Positions 42,552 through 53,486 of a DNA stretch of 64,000 nucleotides are shown one piece after another (position 1 is the stretch's first letter; every line of letters begins with the position of its first letter). The notes beneath the pieces were generated by a model. The model was not told the DNA's origin, ran no database searches, and worked only from the letters and a program-made list of their open reading frames with translations. The position numbers were made by a program, and so were the translations under genes. Source of the DNA: an uncultured Chloroflexia bacterium (GTDB lineage Bacteria; Chloroflexota; Anaerolineae; Anaerolineales; UBA4823); the NCBI GenBank assembly GCA_963849335.1, contig CAWKGZ010000011.1:81066-145065 (forward strand), given 5' to 3'.

Positions 42552-44040
42552 TTAAATTCGTCCATTCGTACTATTCGTACTAATTCTTTCTCCTCCCCCA
42601 TTCACCCTCCCTGCCTCCCCAATCCGCCTGATCAATCCACCAAACACCACCCGGTGCACCGGCGCCAGCAGATACCAATACGCAAAACCCGCCAGCCCCT
42701 TCGGCGCAAAATACGCCGTCTGCACCAGCGTCACCCCACCTTCCTCCCGAGGTCTTACCCGCCATTCCATCCAGCCCAGCCCGGGCGCTTTCAGCTCGGC
42801 GCGCAGGCGCAGGTACCTGCCCGGATCGAGCGCATCGACGGTGTAAAAGTCGACGATCGAACCCAGGCGCAGGTCGTCACCGTCCGGGCGGCCGCGCATC
42901 CCCGGGCCGCCCAGCAGCCGGTCGATCCAGCCACGCAGCGTCCACAGCCAGTCCAGGTAGGGCCAGCCGTTCTTCCCGCCCAGCCCGGCAATCGCCTGGT
43001 AGACCGGCTCGGCGGGCTCGCCCGTAGGGCGGTCGAGGGGGAGTTGGCGGTGGTCGATCAGAAAGCCGGCAGCCTTGATCCGCACGGCTGAACGCGTGCC
43101 TTCAAAGGCCACCGGATCGATATGGTCCGGGGTCAGGTGACCCAGGGCAGCCTGCACCATCGCCGGATAGGTGACCAGGCGGATGTGGGGGAAATCTCGT
43201 TGGGCGGCAGCGTTTTGCACGATGCTGTCGGCGCGCATGCCATCGATCAACGGGCGGGCCATGCTGGCTGGGACCGGGGTCAGCTTAGCGGCAAAAAAGG
43301 CTATCAAGGGCAGCGGAAGGATGGGCAGCACCAACAGCCGGCGTTTAAGGCCGCGCAGGCGGGCATAGGTGCGCATGGTCTCGGCAAAGGTCATCACGTC
43401 GGGTCCGCCAATTTCATAGATGGCACTGTGGTCGGGGCGCGACGCCAGCGCCGCCAGCAGGGTATCGATCACATTCTCGATAGCGATCGGCTGGACGAGG
43501 TTGGCAACCCAGCGCGGACCCGGCAGGAGGGGGAGCTGCTCGGTCAGGAACCGGATCAGTTCAAAGGCGGTCGCTCCAGGGCCGATGACGATACTGGCAC
43601 GCAGCTCTGTCACCGGCACATTCCCCTGGCGCAGGGTATCCCCGGTCTGGAGGCGCGAGCGCAGATGCTGCCCGATCCGGGCATCGGGGTCAGCCAACCC
43701 ACCCAGGTAAATGATGTGCTCCACCCCAGCCTGGCTGGCAGCCTGGGAAAAATTTTGAGCGGAAACCAGGTCCCGCTCAGCATACTGGTGCCCGCTGACC
43801 ATATTGTGCACCAGGTAATATGCGGTCGAAACACCTGCCAGCGCCCGGTCGAGGGACTGGCGTTGAAATACATCCCCCTGGACGACTTCAACCTGAGAAA
43901 ACCAGGGCTGGCTGGCCAGGCGCTGCGGCTCACGCGCCAGGCAGCGCAAGCGATAGCCGCGCGCCAGCAGGGCAGGCACCAGGTGCCTGCCGACATAGCC
44001 AGTAGAACCGGCTATCAGGAGAAGTTCAGTCAGCGCTCAT
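42552..44040 (-). CDS. SDR-family NAD(P)-binding protein with DUF2867 domain (YbjT-like), copy 2
   Basis: GSTGYVG, AYYLVHNM, IIYLGGL, RLRAELKAPG, YWYLLAPVH; start region has an indel. Confidence 0.85.
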
Positions 44041-44045
44041 GATCG

Positions 44046-45533
44046 CTATCCACTTCCGCTGGGCGTGGCAGGCTGCCCGGCAGCGAGCGCCTTGGCGCGT
44101 TCGCCGATCTTGCGGATCATGCCGCTGAAAATGAAGCCGTGGATCGGGTAAAGCAGCATACCAGTACAGGAAACCCGCCACGCCGCGCGGAGCAAAATAG
44201 GCGGTCTGGGTGAGCAGCGTGCCCCCGTCCGGCTGGCGCAGCGATTGGAACTCCAGCCAGGCCCTGCCCGGCACCTTCATCTCCGCTCTCAGGCGGAGCA
44301 GGCGATCTGGCTCAACCGCCTCCACCCGCCAGAAGTCCAATGCCTCGCCCACGCGAATGTCGTCCGGGTGGCGGCGGCCGCGGCGCAGGCCCACGCCGCC
44401 GATCAGCTTGTCAAACCAGCCGCGGATCTCCCAGCTCCAGTTCAGATACAGCCAGCCGCGCTCGCCGCCCAGCCCGGTGAAGGCGCGAAAGACGGGCGCC
44501 GGCGGCAGGCTGAGGGACAGGCTGCGCCGCTCGATCAGCATGCCTTCTACGACGGTCAGCTTGACCGGTTTGATATCGCCCTGCACGGTGACCAGGGCAT
44601 CGCTCCAGGATGTCTCGACCGCCTCGCCCTGGATCAGGTCGAGGGCGGAATGGACGGCAGCGGGGTAATCGAGCGGCTGGATGCCTGGGGAAAGAGCCGC
44701 CGGGCGAGGTCGTCCTGCACCAGGCTCTCGGCGTGCAGCCCTTCGATGAGGGGGAGGATGATGCGCCAATGGATCGGCGTGACCATGTGCACCCAGTAGG
44801 CGGAGAGGCGCGGGGCGTAGACCGGGGCGGGGATGCGCCAGCGCTTGAGGCCGCGAGCCTGCGCATAGCCGACCAACATATCGGCGTAGGTAAGGCAAGT
44901 TGCGCCGCCGATTTCGATCAGTTTGCCCGCGCTCTCTGGAACCTGCAGCGCGCCGACCAGGTAAGCCAGCACGTCGCGGATGGCGATGGGCTGAGCCTGG
45001 GTGTAGAACCACCGCGGGCAGATGAGCAGCTGCTGGCGCTCGACCAGGTTGCGGATCATCTCGAACAGTGCGCTGCCCGCGCCGACGATCATGCCGGCGC
45101 GAAATTCGGTGACCGGCACGCCTTGCTGGCGCAGGATGTGCCCGGTCTCGTGGCGGGCGCGCAGGTAAGGGGAGAGGCGGCTGGATGGGTCGACCAGCTC
45201 GCCCAGGTAGATGATGCGCCCCACGCCGGCCTCGCCGGCCGCGGCGGCAAAGTTGCGCGCCGCCTGCAGGTCGCGCTCGGCGTCGTCCTGCCCTCCCTGC
45301 CTGCCGTGGATCAGATAGTAGGCGGCGGTCACGCCGCGCATAGCCTCGGCGAGGGAGGAACGGTCGAGCGCGTCGCCTTTGACCACCTCGACCTGCTCCA
45401 GCCAATGATAGCCGGACAGCCGGTCAGGGTCGCGGACGAAGCAGCGCACCGGATAGCCCGCCTCGAGCAGCTTTGGCACCAGGCGACCGCCGACGTAGCC
45501 GGTGGCACCGCTTACCAGGATGCGTTCAGGCAT
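44046..45533 (-). CDS. SDR-family NAD(P)-binding protein with DUF2867 domain (YbjT-like), copy 1 (frameshifted)
   Basis: GATGYVGGRL, LDFWRVE, LRLRAEMKVPG. Confidence 0.85.
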
Positions 45534-45547
45534 GATCCAATGATTTC

Positions 45548-45928
45548 CTAACCGGGTTTCACACCGCCGATGATCGCCACCGCGCCCACCGCGGAGATGA
45601 GCAGCCAGACGGCGAACAGCGCCCAGGCTATGCTGCGCTGGTTTTTGGGATTGTGCACATAATCGAACAGCACCTGGCGCAGACCGTTGATGCCATGCGC
45701 GAAGGCGAACGCCAGCAGCAGGAAATCATAGATGCGCCAGCCGACCATCGACCAGCGCAGGGCGACGTAGTCCAGGTTGATGCCGTGCCCGCCGACCAGC
45801 ACGTCCTGGATCAGCACGTGCCCCCAGGCCAGCGGGATGAGCAGAAAGGCGCTGTAGCGCATCCATTTCCAGGGGGTGCTTTCGTAGCGGGGAACGCCGG
45901 AGGTGTTTTGCGAGTTGGTCGTCATCAC
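45548..45928 (-). CDS. sdhD: Succinate dehydrogenase hydrophobic anchor subunit-like
   Basis: MRYSAFLL..GH, YVALRW, HGINGLRQVLFDY. Confidence 0.75.
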   Translation of the reverse strand: MMTTNSQNTSGVPRYESTPWKWMRYSAFLLIPLAWGHVLIQDVLVGGHGINLDYVALRWSMVGWRIYDFLLLAFAFAHGINGLRQVLFDYVHNPKNQRSIAWALFAVWLLISAVGAVAIIGGVKPG

Positions 45929-45934
45929 TGCCTC

Positions 45935-46362
45935 CTAGTCGCCGCCGAACAGGCCGAAGCCGTGTTTGAGCAGGTTGTAGCCCATCACCGCCGCGGTGGG
46001 CAGCCACAAGACGATGGCAACGATCAGCGTGGTGCACCATCGCCCTGGTCGACGACCTTTCCTGCAGCAGGTGCGGCTTGAACAGGTCGATATAGGCGAT
46101 GCGCAGGCCGTTGGCGCCGTGGAAGATGACGCAGAAGACCAGGATGATCTCCGCCAGCATGACCGGGGGCCATTGAAAGATCGACACCAGCCGGCTGTAC
46201 AGGGGCGGGTAGATGTAGACCATGGAAGTCATGGTGATATGCACGGTCAGGAACAGCAGGGTGCCCAGCCCGGTGATGCGGTGGAGCAAGAAAGCAGTAA
46301 AACCTCTTGCCACCCTTATACTTCGCATACCCCGATAAAGTAGCGATAAATTTCGAATCCAT
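45935..46362 (-). CDS. sdhC: Succinate dehydrogenase cytochrome b556 subunit-like (frameshifted)
   Basis: LLHRITGLGTLLFLTVHI, FHGANGLRI. Confidence 0.75.
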
Positions 46363-46482
46363 GGACGGCTCCTGAGAGTGAGGATTGCTGGTGATGGATT
46401 TTACCATTCGTTTCGTTGTTTCCTCAGTTTTCCTCAGTCCTATCTTTAAAAATCAGGCATAATATGCCTGGAGGATCCGAAC

Positions 46483-47013
46483 ATGCTACCCATCAGCGAG
46501 CTCAGTGCACTCTCTTTGACCTGGCAGCAGCCCAGCGCCTGGCGCCGGGAGTACCGGCTGGTCTCCGACTCCGGCACGCATGGCCGGCTGGCTTTTACCT
46601 CCTTCTGGAAGGAGATCGTCGAAGCCGAATGCGGCGGCGAGGCGTGGATCTTCCAGCGCACCGGCTTCTTCAAGCGCCAGGTGTTGATCACCCGGGCGGG
46701 CGAGAACGAGCCGTTTGCGGCTTACTACCCGGATACCTGGGGCTCGGGCGGCAGGCTGGAGCTGGGTGGGGCAAGCTACCAGTTTCACAGCAACTTCTGG
46801 CATACGCATTACGAGTTCAGCGGGCCAGACGGACAGGCGGCAGTTTCCTTCGATAAAAGCGGCCTGTTTCGCACCAGCGTGGCGGTGCAGGTAGCCCCCG
46901 AGGCGCTGCGCTGGAGCGAGCTGCCCCTGCTGGTCACCCTGGGTATGGTTGCCCTGCTGCTGCATCACCAGGATGCCGCTGCTGCCAGTGCCGCCATCAC
47001 GGCGACCTCTTAA
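46483..47013 (+). CDS. Hypothetical beta-rich protein (LURP-one/Tubby-like)
   Basis: GGAGG RBS; WxFxRxGFF motifs and a C-terminal hydrophobic helix. Confidence 0.6.
   Translation: MLPISELSALSLTWQQPSAWRREYRLVSDSGTHGRLAFTSFWKEIVEAECGGEAWIFQRTGFFKRQVLITRAGENEPFAAYYPDTWGSGGRLELGGASYQFHSNFWHTHYEFSGPDGQAAVSFDKSGLFRTSVAVQVAPEALRWSELPLLVTLGMVALLLHHQDAAAASAAITATS
46925..46985 (+). repeat. 61-bp direct repeat (second copy 49313-49373)
   Basis: CCCTGCTGGTCACCCTGGG...GCATCACCAG.ATGCCGCTGCTGC, about 4 mismatches. Confidence 0.85.
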
Positions 47014-47193
47014 TTTGACTCCCCCGCTAATCCGGTAGACAGCCGTAGAGCAACCTACTCCCGACACCTTTCCCCGTTCCTCGGAACATGCCCTGCAGGC
47101 AGGTAGCACCACGCCCTCCGCCAGGGGCCTGGCGCCGTGCGTAGCCCGGGCGTTCACGCCCGGCGCCCCCCTGGAAAACTGATTGATTTTAAC

Positions 47194-47221
47194 TTGACAC
47201 GCTCAATTTAATGTGCATAAT
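47194..47221 (+). promoter_or_regulatory. Sigma70-type promoter
   Basis: TTGACA-16 bp-CATAAT upstream of 47339. Confidence 0.5.
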
Positions 47222-47338
47222 AGTATATAACCAAGGGAGGTGTACCCGGAGATTACTCAATGGGTGGGATTTCAATCATTAAACAGGTCTAAATGGCGGG
47301 GCAGGCGCCACAATTAAATATCTCAAGGAGGCAAGGCA

Positions 47339-49252
47339 ATGAAACACGCACTGAGGCTTTTCATCGGTACCCTGGTGGTCATGGCCCTATTACTGTTCGC
47401 GCCCGGAGGAAAGGTCACGCAGGCCGCGGGGCTGATCCTTTATGTGGATGCGAATGCCAGCGGGGCGAACAACGGCGCTTCCTGGGCAGATGCCTTTACC
47501 GGCTTGCAGCCGGCGCTGGATACAGCGACGGCTGGCGATCAGATCTGGGTCGCCGTGGGGACTTATCTGCCCACCCTGGAGGTAACGCCGGGCGACCCGC
47601 GTTCGGTGGCTTTCCAGATGGAAAACGGGGTCGCCATCTATGGCGGGTTTGCCGGCACGGAAAGCAGCCTGGGCGAACGCGATTGGGTGGTCAATGAGAC
47701 CATCCTCAGCGGCGACCTGAACGGTGATGATGGACCTGATTTCAGCAATAACACCGAAAACGTCTACAATGTCTTCAACCACAATGCTGGCACGGTGCTG
47801 GATCGCAGCGCCATCCTGGATGGCTTCACCATCCGCGGCGGCAGGGGGACAACCGGTGGGGGCATGAACAATGGATACAACGACTCGCCAACCCTGACCA
47901 ACCTCACCTTCACCGCCAACCAGGCTTACCAGGGTGGCGGGATGTACAATTACTTCTCCACACCGGTTCTAACCAACTGCACCTTCTCAGGCAACCTGGC
48001 AACAGCCTCCGGTGGGGGGATATACAACAGCGCCTCATCGCCGGTGCTAACCAACAGCCGCTTTACCGGCAACAGGGCCATAATGGGCGGAGGAATAAAT
48101 AATAATGGTTCCAGCCCAACCATGACCGGATGTACTTTCACCGGCAACATGGCCGATAAGGGCGGCGGTATGTACAACCAGACTGGCTACCCAAAACTGA
48201 CCGATTGTACCTTTAGCGGCAATTCGGCCACCTTTGAGGGCGGGGGCATCGCGAACTATGGTTCTTCACCCGAGCTGAGCAATTGTGCCTTCGCAGGCAA
48301 CTCGGCTGACCAGGGCGGTGGGATTTTCAACGCGGGCTCGCAACAAACGATGGATGACGTCACCTTCATCGGCAATTCCGCCTCTGAAGGCGGTGGCATG
48401 TTCAGTCATTTGCAGTCCGTGGTTGTGCTAACCAATGCCACCTTCGCCGGCAATTCGGCCGAGCTGGGCGGCGGAATTTATGCTGCTTCCGACGCGGTTC
48501 CCGTGCTCACCAACTGCACCTTCTGGGGCAACCAGGCTGACCAGGGTGGGGCGCTGTACACCATGAAGACCACTTACTATCAGCCATACCCTGGGCCGGT
48601 GGTGAGCAACTCCATATTGTGGGGCAACACCTCGGATGAGATTACCAGCTCGGAAACAAGCATCACCCCGATCGTGACTTACAGCGATGTACAGGGCGGT
48701 TTTACCGGCGTGGGTAATATTGATGCCAATCCCTTGTTCGTCGACCCCGAAAGTGGCGATTTCCACCTTCTACCCGCCTCACCCTGCATCGATGCCGGGG
48801 ACAACCAAGCCTTGCACCTGCCGGCGTTGGATTTTGAGGGCGATGATCGCATTCTGGATGGGAACGCGGATTGGAGCGCTCTCGTAGATATGGGGGTGGA
48901 CGAGGTCGTCTGTAATGACCCGCTGCCGGTCGAGGTTGAGATCGATATCAAACCCGCAACGCTGCATAACAACATCAGTCTCTCCTCGCGGGGCACGCTG
49001 CCCGTGGCAATCTTGAGCAGCGACACGTTTGACGCCGGCACGGTCGACCTACAAACGGTGCTGTTTGCCCAGGCTGCCCCGCTTCGTACGGTACTTGAAG
49101 ACGTTGATCAGGATGGCGACCTGGATTTGCTGCTCTACTTCAGGATAGCAGACCTGGTGCTTGACCCCGACAGCACCGCCGTCACACTGACCGGCGCAAC
49201 TTTTGCCGGTGAGTTGATCCAGGGGACGGACTCGATCCATATCGTTCCATAA
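47339..49252 (+). CDS. Secreted parallel beta-helix (choice-of-anchor Q-like) surface protein
   Basis: Signal peptide; NNGASWADAF; repeated CTFxGNxA..GGG(M/I)YN; FHLLPASPCIDAG; VDMG. Confidence 0.85.
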   Translation: MKHALRLFIGTLVVMALLLFAPGGKVTQAAGLILYVDANASGANNGASWADAFTGLQPALDTATAGDQIWVAVGTYLPTLEVTPGDPRSVAFQMENGVAIYGGFAGTESSLGERDWVVNETILSGDLNGDDGPDFSNNTENVYNVFNHNAGTVLDRSAILDGFTIRGGRGTTGGGMNNGYNDSPTLTNLTFTANQAYQGGGMYNYFSTPVLTNCTFSGNLATASGGGIYNSASSPVLTNSRFTGNRAIMGGGINNNGSSPTMTGCTFTGNMADKGGGMYNQTGYPKLTDCTFSGNSATFEGGGIANYGSSPELSNCAFAGNSADQGGGIFNAGSQQTMDDVTFIGNSASEGGGMFSHLQSVVVLTNATFAGNSAELGGGIYAASDAVPVLTNCTFWGNQADQGGALYTMKTTYYQPYPGPVVSNSILWGNTSDEITSSETSITPIVTYSDVQGGFTGVGNIDANPLFVDPESGDFHLLPASPCIDAGDNQALHLPALDFEGDDRILDGNADWSALVDMGVDEVVCNDPLPVEVEIDIKPATLHNNISLSSRGTLPVAILSSDTFDAGTVDLQTVLFAQAAPLRTVLEDVDQDGDLDLLLYFRIADLVLDPDSTAVTLTGATFAGELIQGTDSIHIVP

Positions 49253-49263
49253 AGTAATCTATC

Positions 49264-49297
49264 GCGTTCCGGCACTGCAGGCGCAGTGCCGGAACGC
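49264..49297 (+). terminator. Strong hairpin after gene
   Basis: GCGTTCCGGCACTGC-aggc-GCAGTGCCGGAACGC. Confidence 0.65.
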
Positions 49298-49427
49298 TTC
49301 TGGTGCAGGAAACCCTGCTGGTCACCCTGGGCATGATCGCCCTGCTGCTGCATCACCAGCATGCCGCTGCTGCGTTCAGCCCGGGCATTGATGCCCGGCG
49401 CGCTGCCCGGCGGGATTGAATCCCGCC

Positions 49428-50424
49428 CTACAACTTCGCCAACAGCCCTCGCACATCATCCAGATGGTGTATCTCCGCGTCTGTGGTTGGAGGGGGGGTA
49501 CGGTCAAGAATCGCCTGCAGCGCCAGGGAATAGGCGATTTCCAACACCCTGTCTGACGGGACGGCGATGTCTGGCGTGATACCCTTGCCCTCCCAATCAT
49601 CGCCGGTGTGCGGGTCGATGGTGCGCCCGATGGGAATGAAGACCTCATAATGCGGCGCCAGCCGGTAGGAAGCGCCGGGGTGCGCCCCGCCATCCGTATG
49701 CTCGCCGATCAGCGTCGCCCGCCCCTGGCTGCCCAGCACGTGTGCGAGCATCTCGCCGGCGGAGAAAGTGTCCTTGCCGATCATGATGAAGACGGGCTTA
49801 TTGTCGAAGCGCCGTCCCGGCAGCTCCGTCTGCGTCCAATACTGCTGGGTGAGATCGTCGTCCCGCCAGTAGATGCTGGCGAGCAGGCGCGGCTGTTCGT
49901 CGAACAGGTAGCTACAGATCAGCGCTACCATGCCGGGATAGCCACCCGTGCAGTGGCGCAGGTCGAGGATCAGCGCGCTGGTATTGGCGATAGTGTTCAG
50001 CGCCGCCGCCACAGTCTCGCCGCCCCACTCCGGGCGGTGCAGGTAGTGCAGGTCGAGATAGCCGACATTGCCCGCCAGTCGCTCAATTTTGTACACACCG
50101 TGATTGTCCAGCGCTGCTTCCAGCTGGCGTTCCTCTTGCCACTGCGGATTGAGACGTAGTTGACCGTCGTCTTCGGGTAGGGCTTCGGCATGCCAGCGCA
50201 CCCACAGGTGCTCGTCGTGGTTCACCTCCTGCAGATGCAGGGTCAGCGCCAGGGCGAGAAACTCTCCCTCGTCGATACCCGCGTACTCGCCCGCCTGGTG
50301 GTGTTTTTCCAGGTTGGCGCAGATCTGTTCAGCCAGTTCGGGGAAAATATAGTTGGGGACGCAGCCTGGTGCACAACGTGGCGACGAGTTCGGCAGCATC
50401 GGGCGTCGTGGATGGATCGTGCAT
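49428..50424 (-). CDS. S41-family peptidase (IRBP-like); 5' indel
   Basis: GNVGYLDL, LILDLRHCTGG, TFSAGE, IGEHTDGGAHP, WEGKGITPD. Confidence 0.88.
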
Positions 50425-50824
50425 GGCAGATTCCTGAGCAAAGGGATGAGGGAGACGGCATCAGTGGTTCAGACGAGGCTGCCTGCGCCGCATTCCGGGA
50501 CCTGGCAACAGGTATGCGTCCCGACCGGCATATGCGCCGGGGCGCCCGGCCCGCCGCAGGCTTCCCAGGGGATGCCCTCGCCTGGGTGAGTCCGCAGCTC
50601 TCTCATGTCCGTCTGTTGGCGCCGCCTCCCTGCAATATAAGTACGCCTGACCGCCCTAAAGGTTCAAAGAACGAATGGGCATGTAAACAATCCCACCTAA
50701 TGTATAATATTCAGCAGGGCGGTAATTTTACCGGCTCTCGGATGAGTAGTCTGACAAATGAAAAGTTTCTGGCAGCGCTTCTTTGAACATACTTGGTAAT
50801 TTAAACCGGGTAAGGAGGGTCCTC

Positions 50825-53459
50825 ATGAAAACATTTCCTGCACTCAGAATCTCTCTGGTTTCAGTGCTTGTGCTTATTCCGCTCTTCCCATTGGGTCAAT
50901 TTACAGCAAAATTGAATATCCCAGCTCCGGCAGTCGACCACGAATTCGAGCACATCATCGTCAACACCACCTCGGATACTGTCGACCTGCTGGCAGACGA
51001 TTTCTGCGCCGATCAGACCGGCTACTGCTCCCTGCGCGCGGCGGTGCAGTGTGCCAACCTGTGGCCGGGCGAGCAAACGATCGAGCTGGCTGATGAGAAT
51101 TACATCCTGACCCGGGCGGGCGCCAACGAGAACGCCGCTGCGACCGGCGACCTGGATGTAAGCGGCGCGCTGATCATCACCGGCACGGGGCTGAGCTTCA
51201 CGGTGATCGATGGAAGCAGCCTCGACCGGGTGCTGGAGGTGCTCCCCGAAGCGGTGGTGCAGATCTACAGCCTTACACTGACCAACGGCCGGGCTCCCTC
51301 AACGACCAGCGAACTTCGCGGCCGGGATGGCGGCGGTATCTTGAATCATGCCTCACTGAGCATGGAAAATGTAAGGGTGAGCGGCAACCAGGCGGGTGCA
51401 GCCAGCTTATCAAGTGAATTCTCAGGGGATGGCGGGGGCATTTTCAACAACGAGGGTTCGCTGGTTCTGAACCTGGTGGAAATAATGGGCAATGAGACCG
51501 CCAATGGGCCGGATGGGATCTACAATGGGGTAGACGGAGGCCATGGCGCGGGGATCTATGCCCGCGGGGGGACGGTCAGCCTGACCGACAGCCAGGTGAC
51601 GGGCAACAGCACCGGCAATGGCGGTGATGGCGGGACGGGGTCGAACTCATACGGCGGTGACGGTGGGTCTGGCGGTGGGATCTACCTGAGCACTGGAGCG
51701 GCTATCACCGCCACCCGTACGCTGATCGATCTGAACATTACCGGCGCGGGCGGTTTCGGCAACCGCTACCCTAGCGGTTACGGCGGTGCGGGTGGGGCGG
51801 GGGCGGGGATCTATGTGGCGGATGGTACGCTGACGCTTAGCGACAGCGTCGTACAGCAGAACACCACCGGCGCCGGCGGTACAGGCTGCGGGGACATCTC
51901 CTCCCCGATGGGATGCATGGCAGGTGTCGGTGCCGGTATTGCGGTTATTGGGAATGAACAGAATGCCCAACTGGACCTGATCGGCACGATTGTGCAGTCT
52001 AACGGTATCGGGCTGCCTGGGAGCCTGGCAGTGAATGGCGGTCACGGCGGTGGGATTTACTGCGAAGACGCCATCCTGAACCTGACTGATTCCTCGCTGG
52101 AAGCCAACCTGGCTGGGAACGCCGGCGCCGGCACCACCTACAGCGGGAGCGGCGGTCGGGCGGGGGGTTTATACGCCCTGGATTGTACAACGGAGATTAC
52201 CGGCGGCGCCATCCGGAACAACCATGCAGGTAACGGTGCTCTTGCGACTTACTCCGGCTTGGGCGGAAATGGCGGCGGCCTGTTCGCCACCGGGAGCGGG
52301 GCGCTGACCATTACCGATGCAGCCATCGCAGATAATCATGCCGGGGATGGCGGCGGTACCGGGCGAGGCGGTTCAGGCGGTGGCATGGCTTTGGGTTTGG
52401 TGGCGACTTTGAGCGGGGTGACGATCAGCGGGAACCGCGTTGGCACCGACAGCAGCGGGACAGGTGGGTGGGGGAATGGTGGCGGTATCTACACCGGCTA
52501 CTCGCTGACCATGCTCAGCAGCACGCTCAGTGGCAATATTGGCGGTTATGGCGGCGGTATTTACACCCAGACGACACTCTATTTACAAAGCGACACAATC
52601 ACACTCAACTCATCTCTGGATCCCTCGGGCGGCTGGGGCGGGGTGGCGGGCCTCGGAAGCACCTACACGCGCAACACGATCATCGCCAACAACACGGCGA
52701 ACTCATTCCCCAACTGCTATTCCCTGATCTCACAAGGCTACAACCTGGTGGGGGACCTGACCTGCACGATAACCGGGGATCTTACCAGCAACCTGACCGG
52801 CGTGGACGCGCAGCTCGGACCGCTGCAGGATAACGGCGGGCCGACTTTCACGCATATGCTTGGCGCAATCAGCCCGGCGATCGACGGGGCGAACCCGGCA
52901 GAGCCAGGCAGCGGAGGCAACGCCTGCCCGGCTCTCGACCAGCGCGGCCTGCCGCGGAATATCCTGGCCTGCGACATCGGCGCGGTCGAGGCGCAGATTG
53001 GGGATATCCCGGAGCCGATCGTGCGCCTGTTGATCAGCGGCGTCCCGGCTTCTTTCGGACCCTCCCTGGCGTTAGCCACGCTCACCGAGGGCGACAGCTT
53101 CTACCTGGGCATCCTGCGCAGTGCCACGCCCCCCAACGGGGTGACTGACCCGGAGATTAATTTGCCGGTTTTCTGGGAGCTTACCCAGGAGGAGATCACG
53201 CAGACGCTTCGACTTCAATCACCCCTGCTGCCAGCCAGCTTCAGCTTAGACCTCACGCTGTGCTATACGGATGCCGAACTGGGCTCGATCTCTGAAGACA
53301 ATCTATTCCTGATGCGCTGGGACGGTGCGAATTGGATCGGAGAAGACAGCGTGGTGGACAGCACGAATAACTGCCTGACCACGACCGGTGTCTCGACCCT
53401 TGGGGTGTGGAGCGTGGGAATCGCGGAATGGATTGTTCCTGCCGTTGATCGTGCGCTAA
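50825..53459 (+). CDS. CSLREA-domain Gly-rich beta-helix surface protein
   Basis: CSLRAA, TGDLDV, LGPLQDNGGPT, DQRGLPR..CDIGAVE; shifted-frame end LFLPLIVR*. Confidence 0.85.
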
Positions 53460-53486
53460 GGCGATAAATCGCCGGGCTGCGCAGCT

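Noticed and set aside
5451-53459. Programmed frameshifting or mass pseudogenisation
   Set aside because: Single-base indels hit unrelated genes including cydA and menA, without consistent slippery sites; most likely long-read errors.
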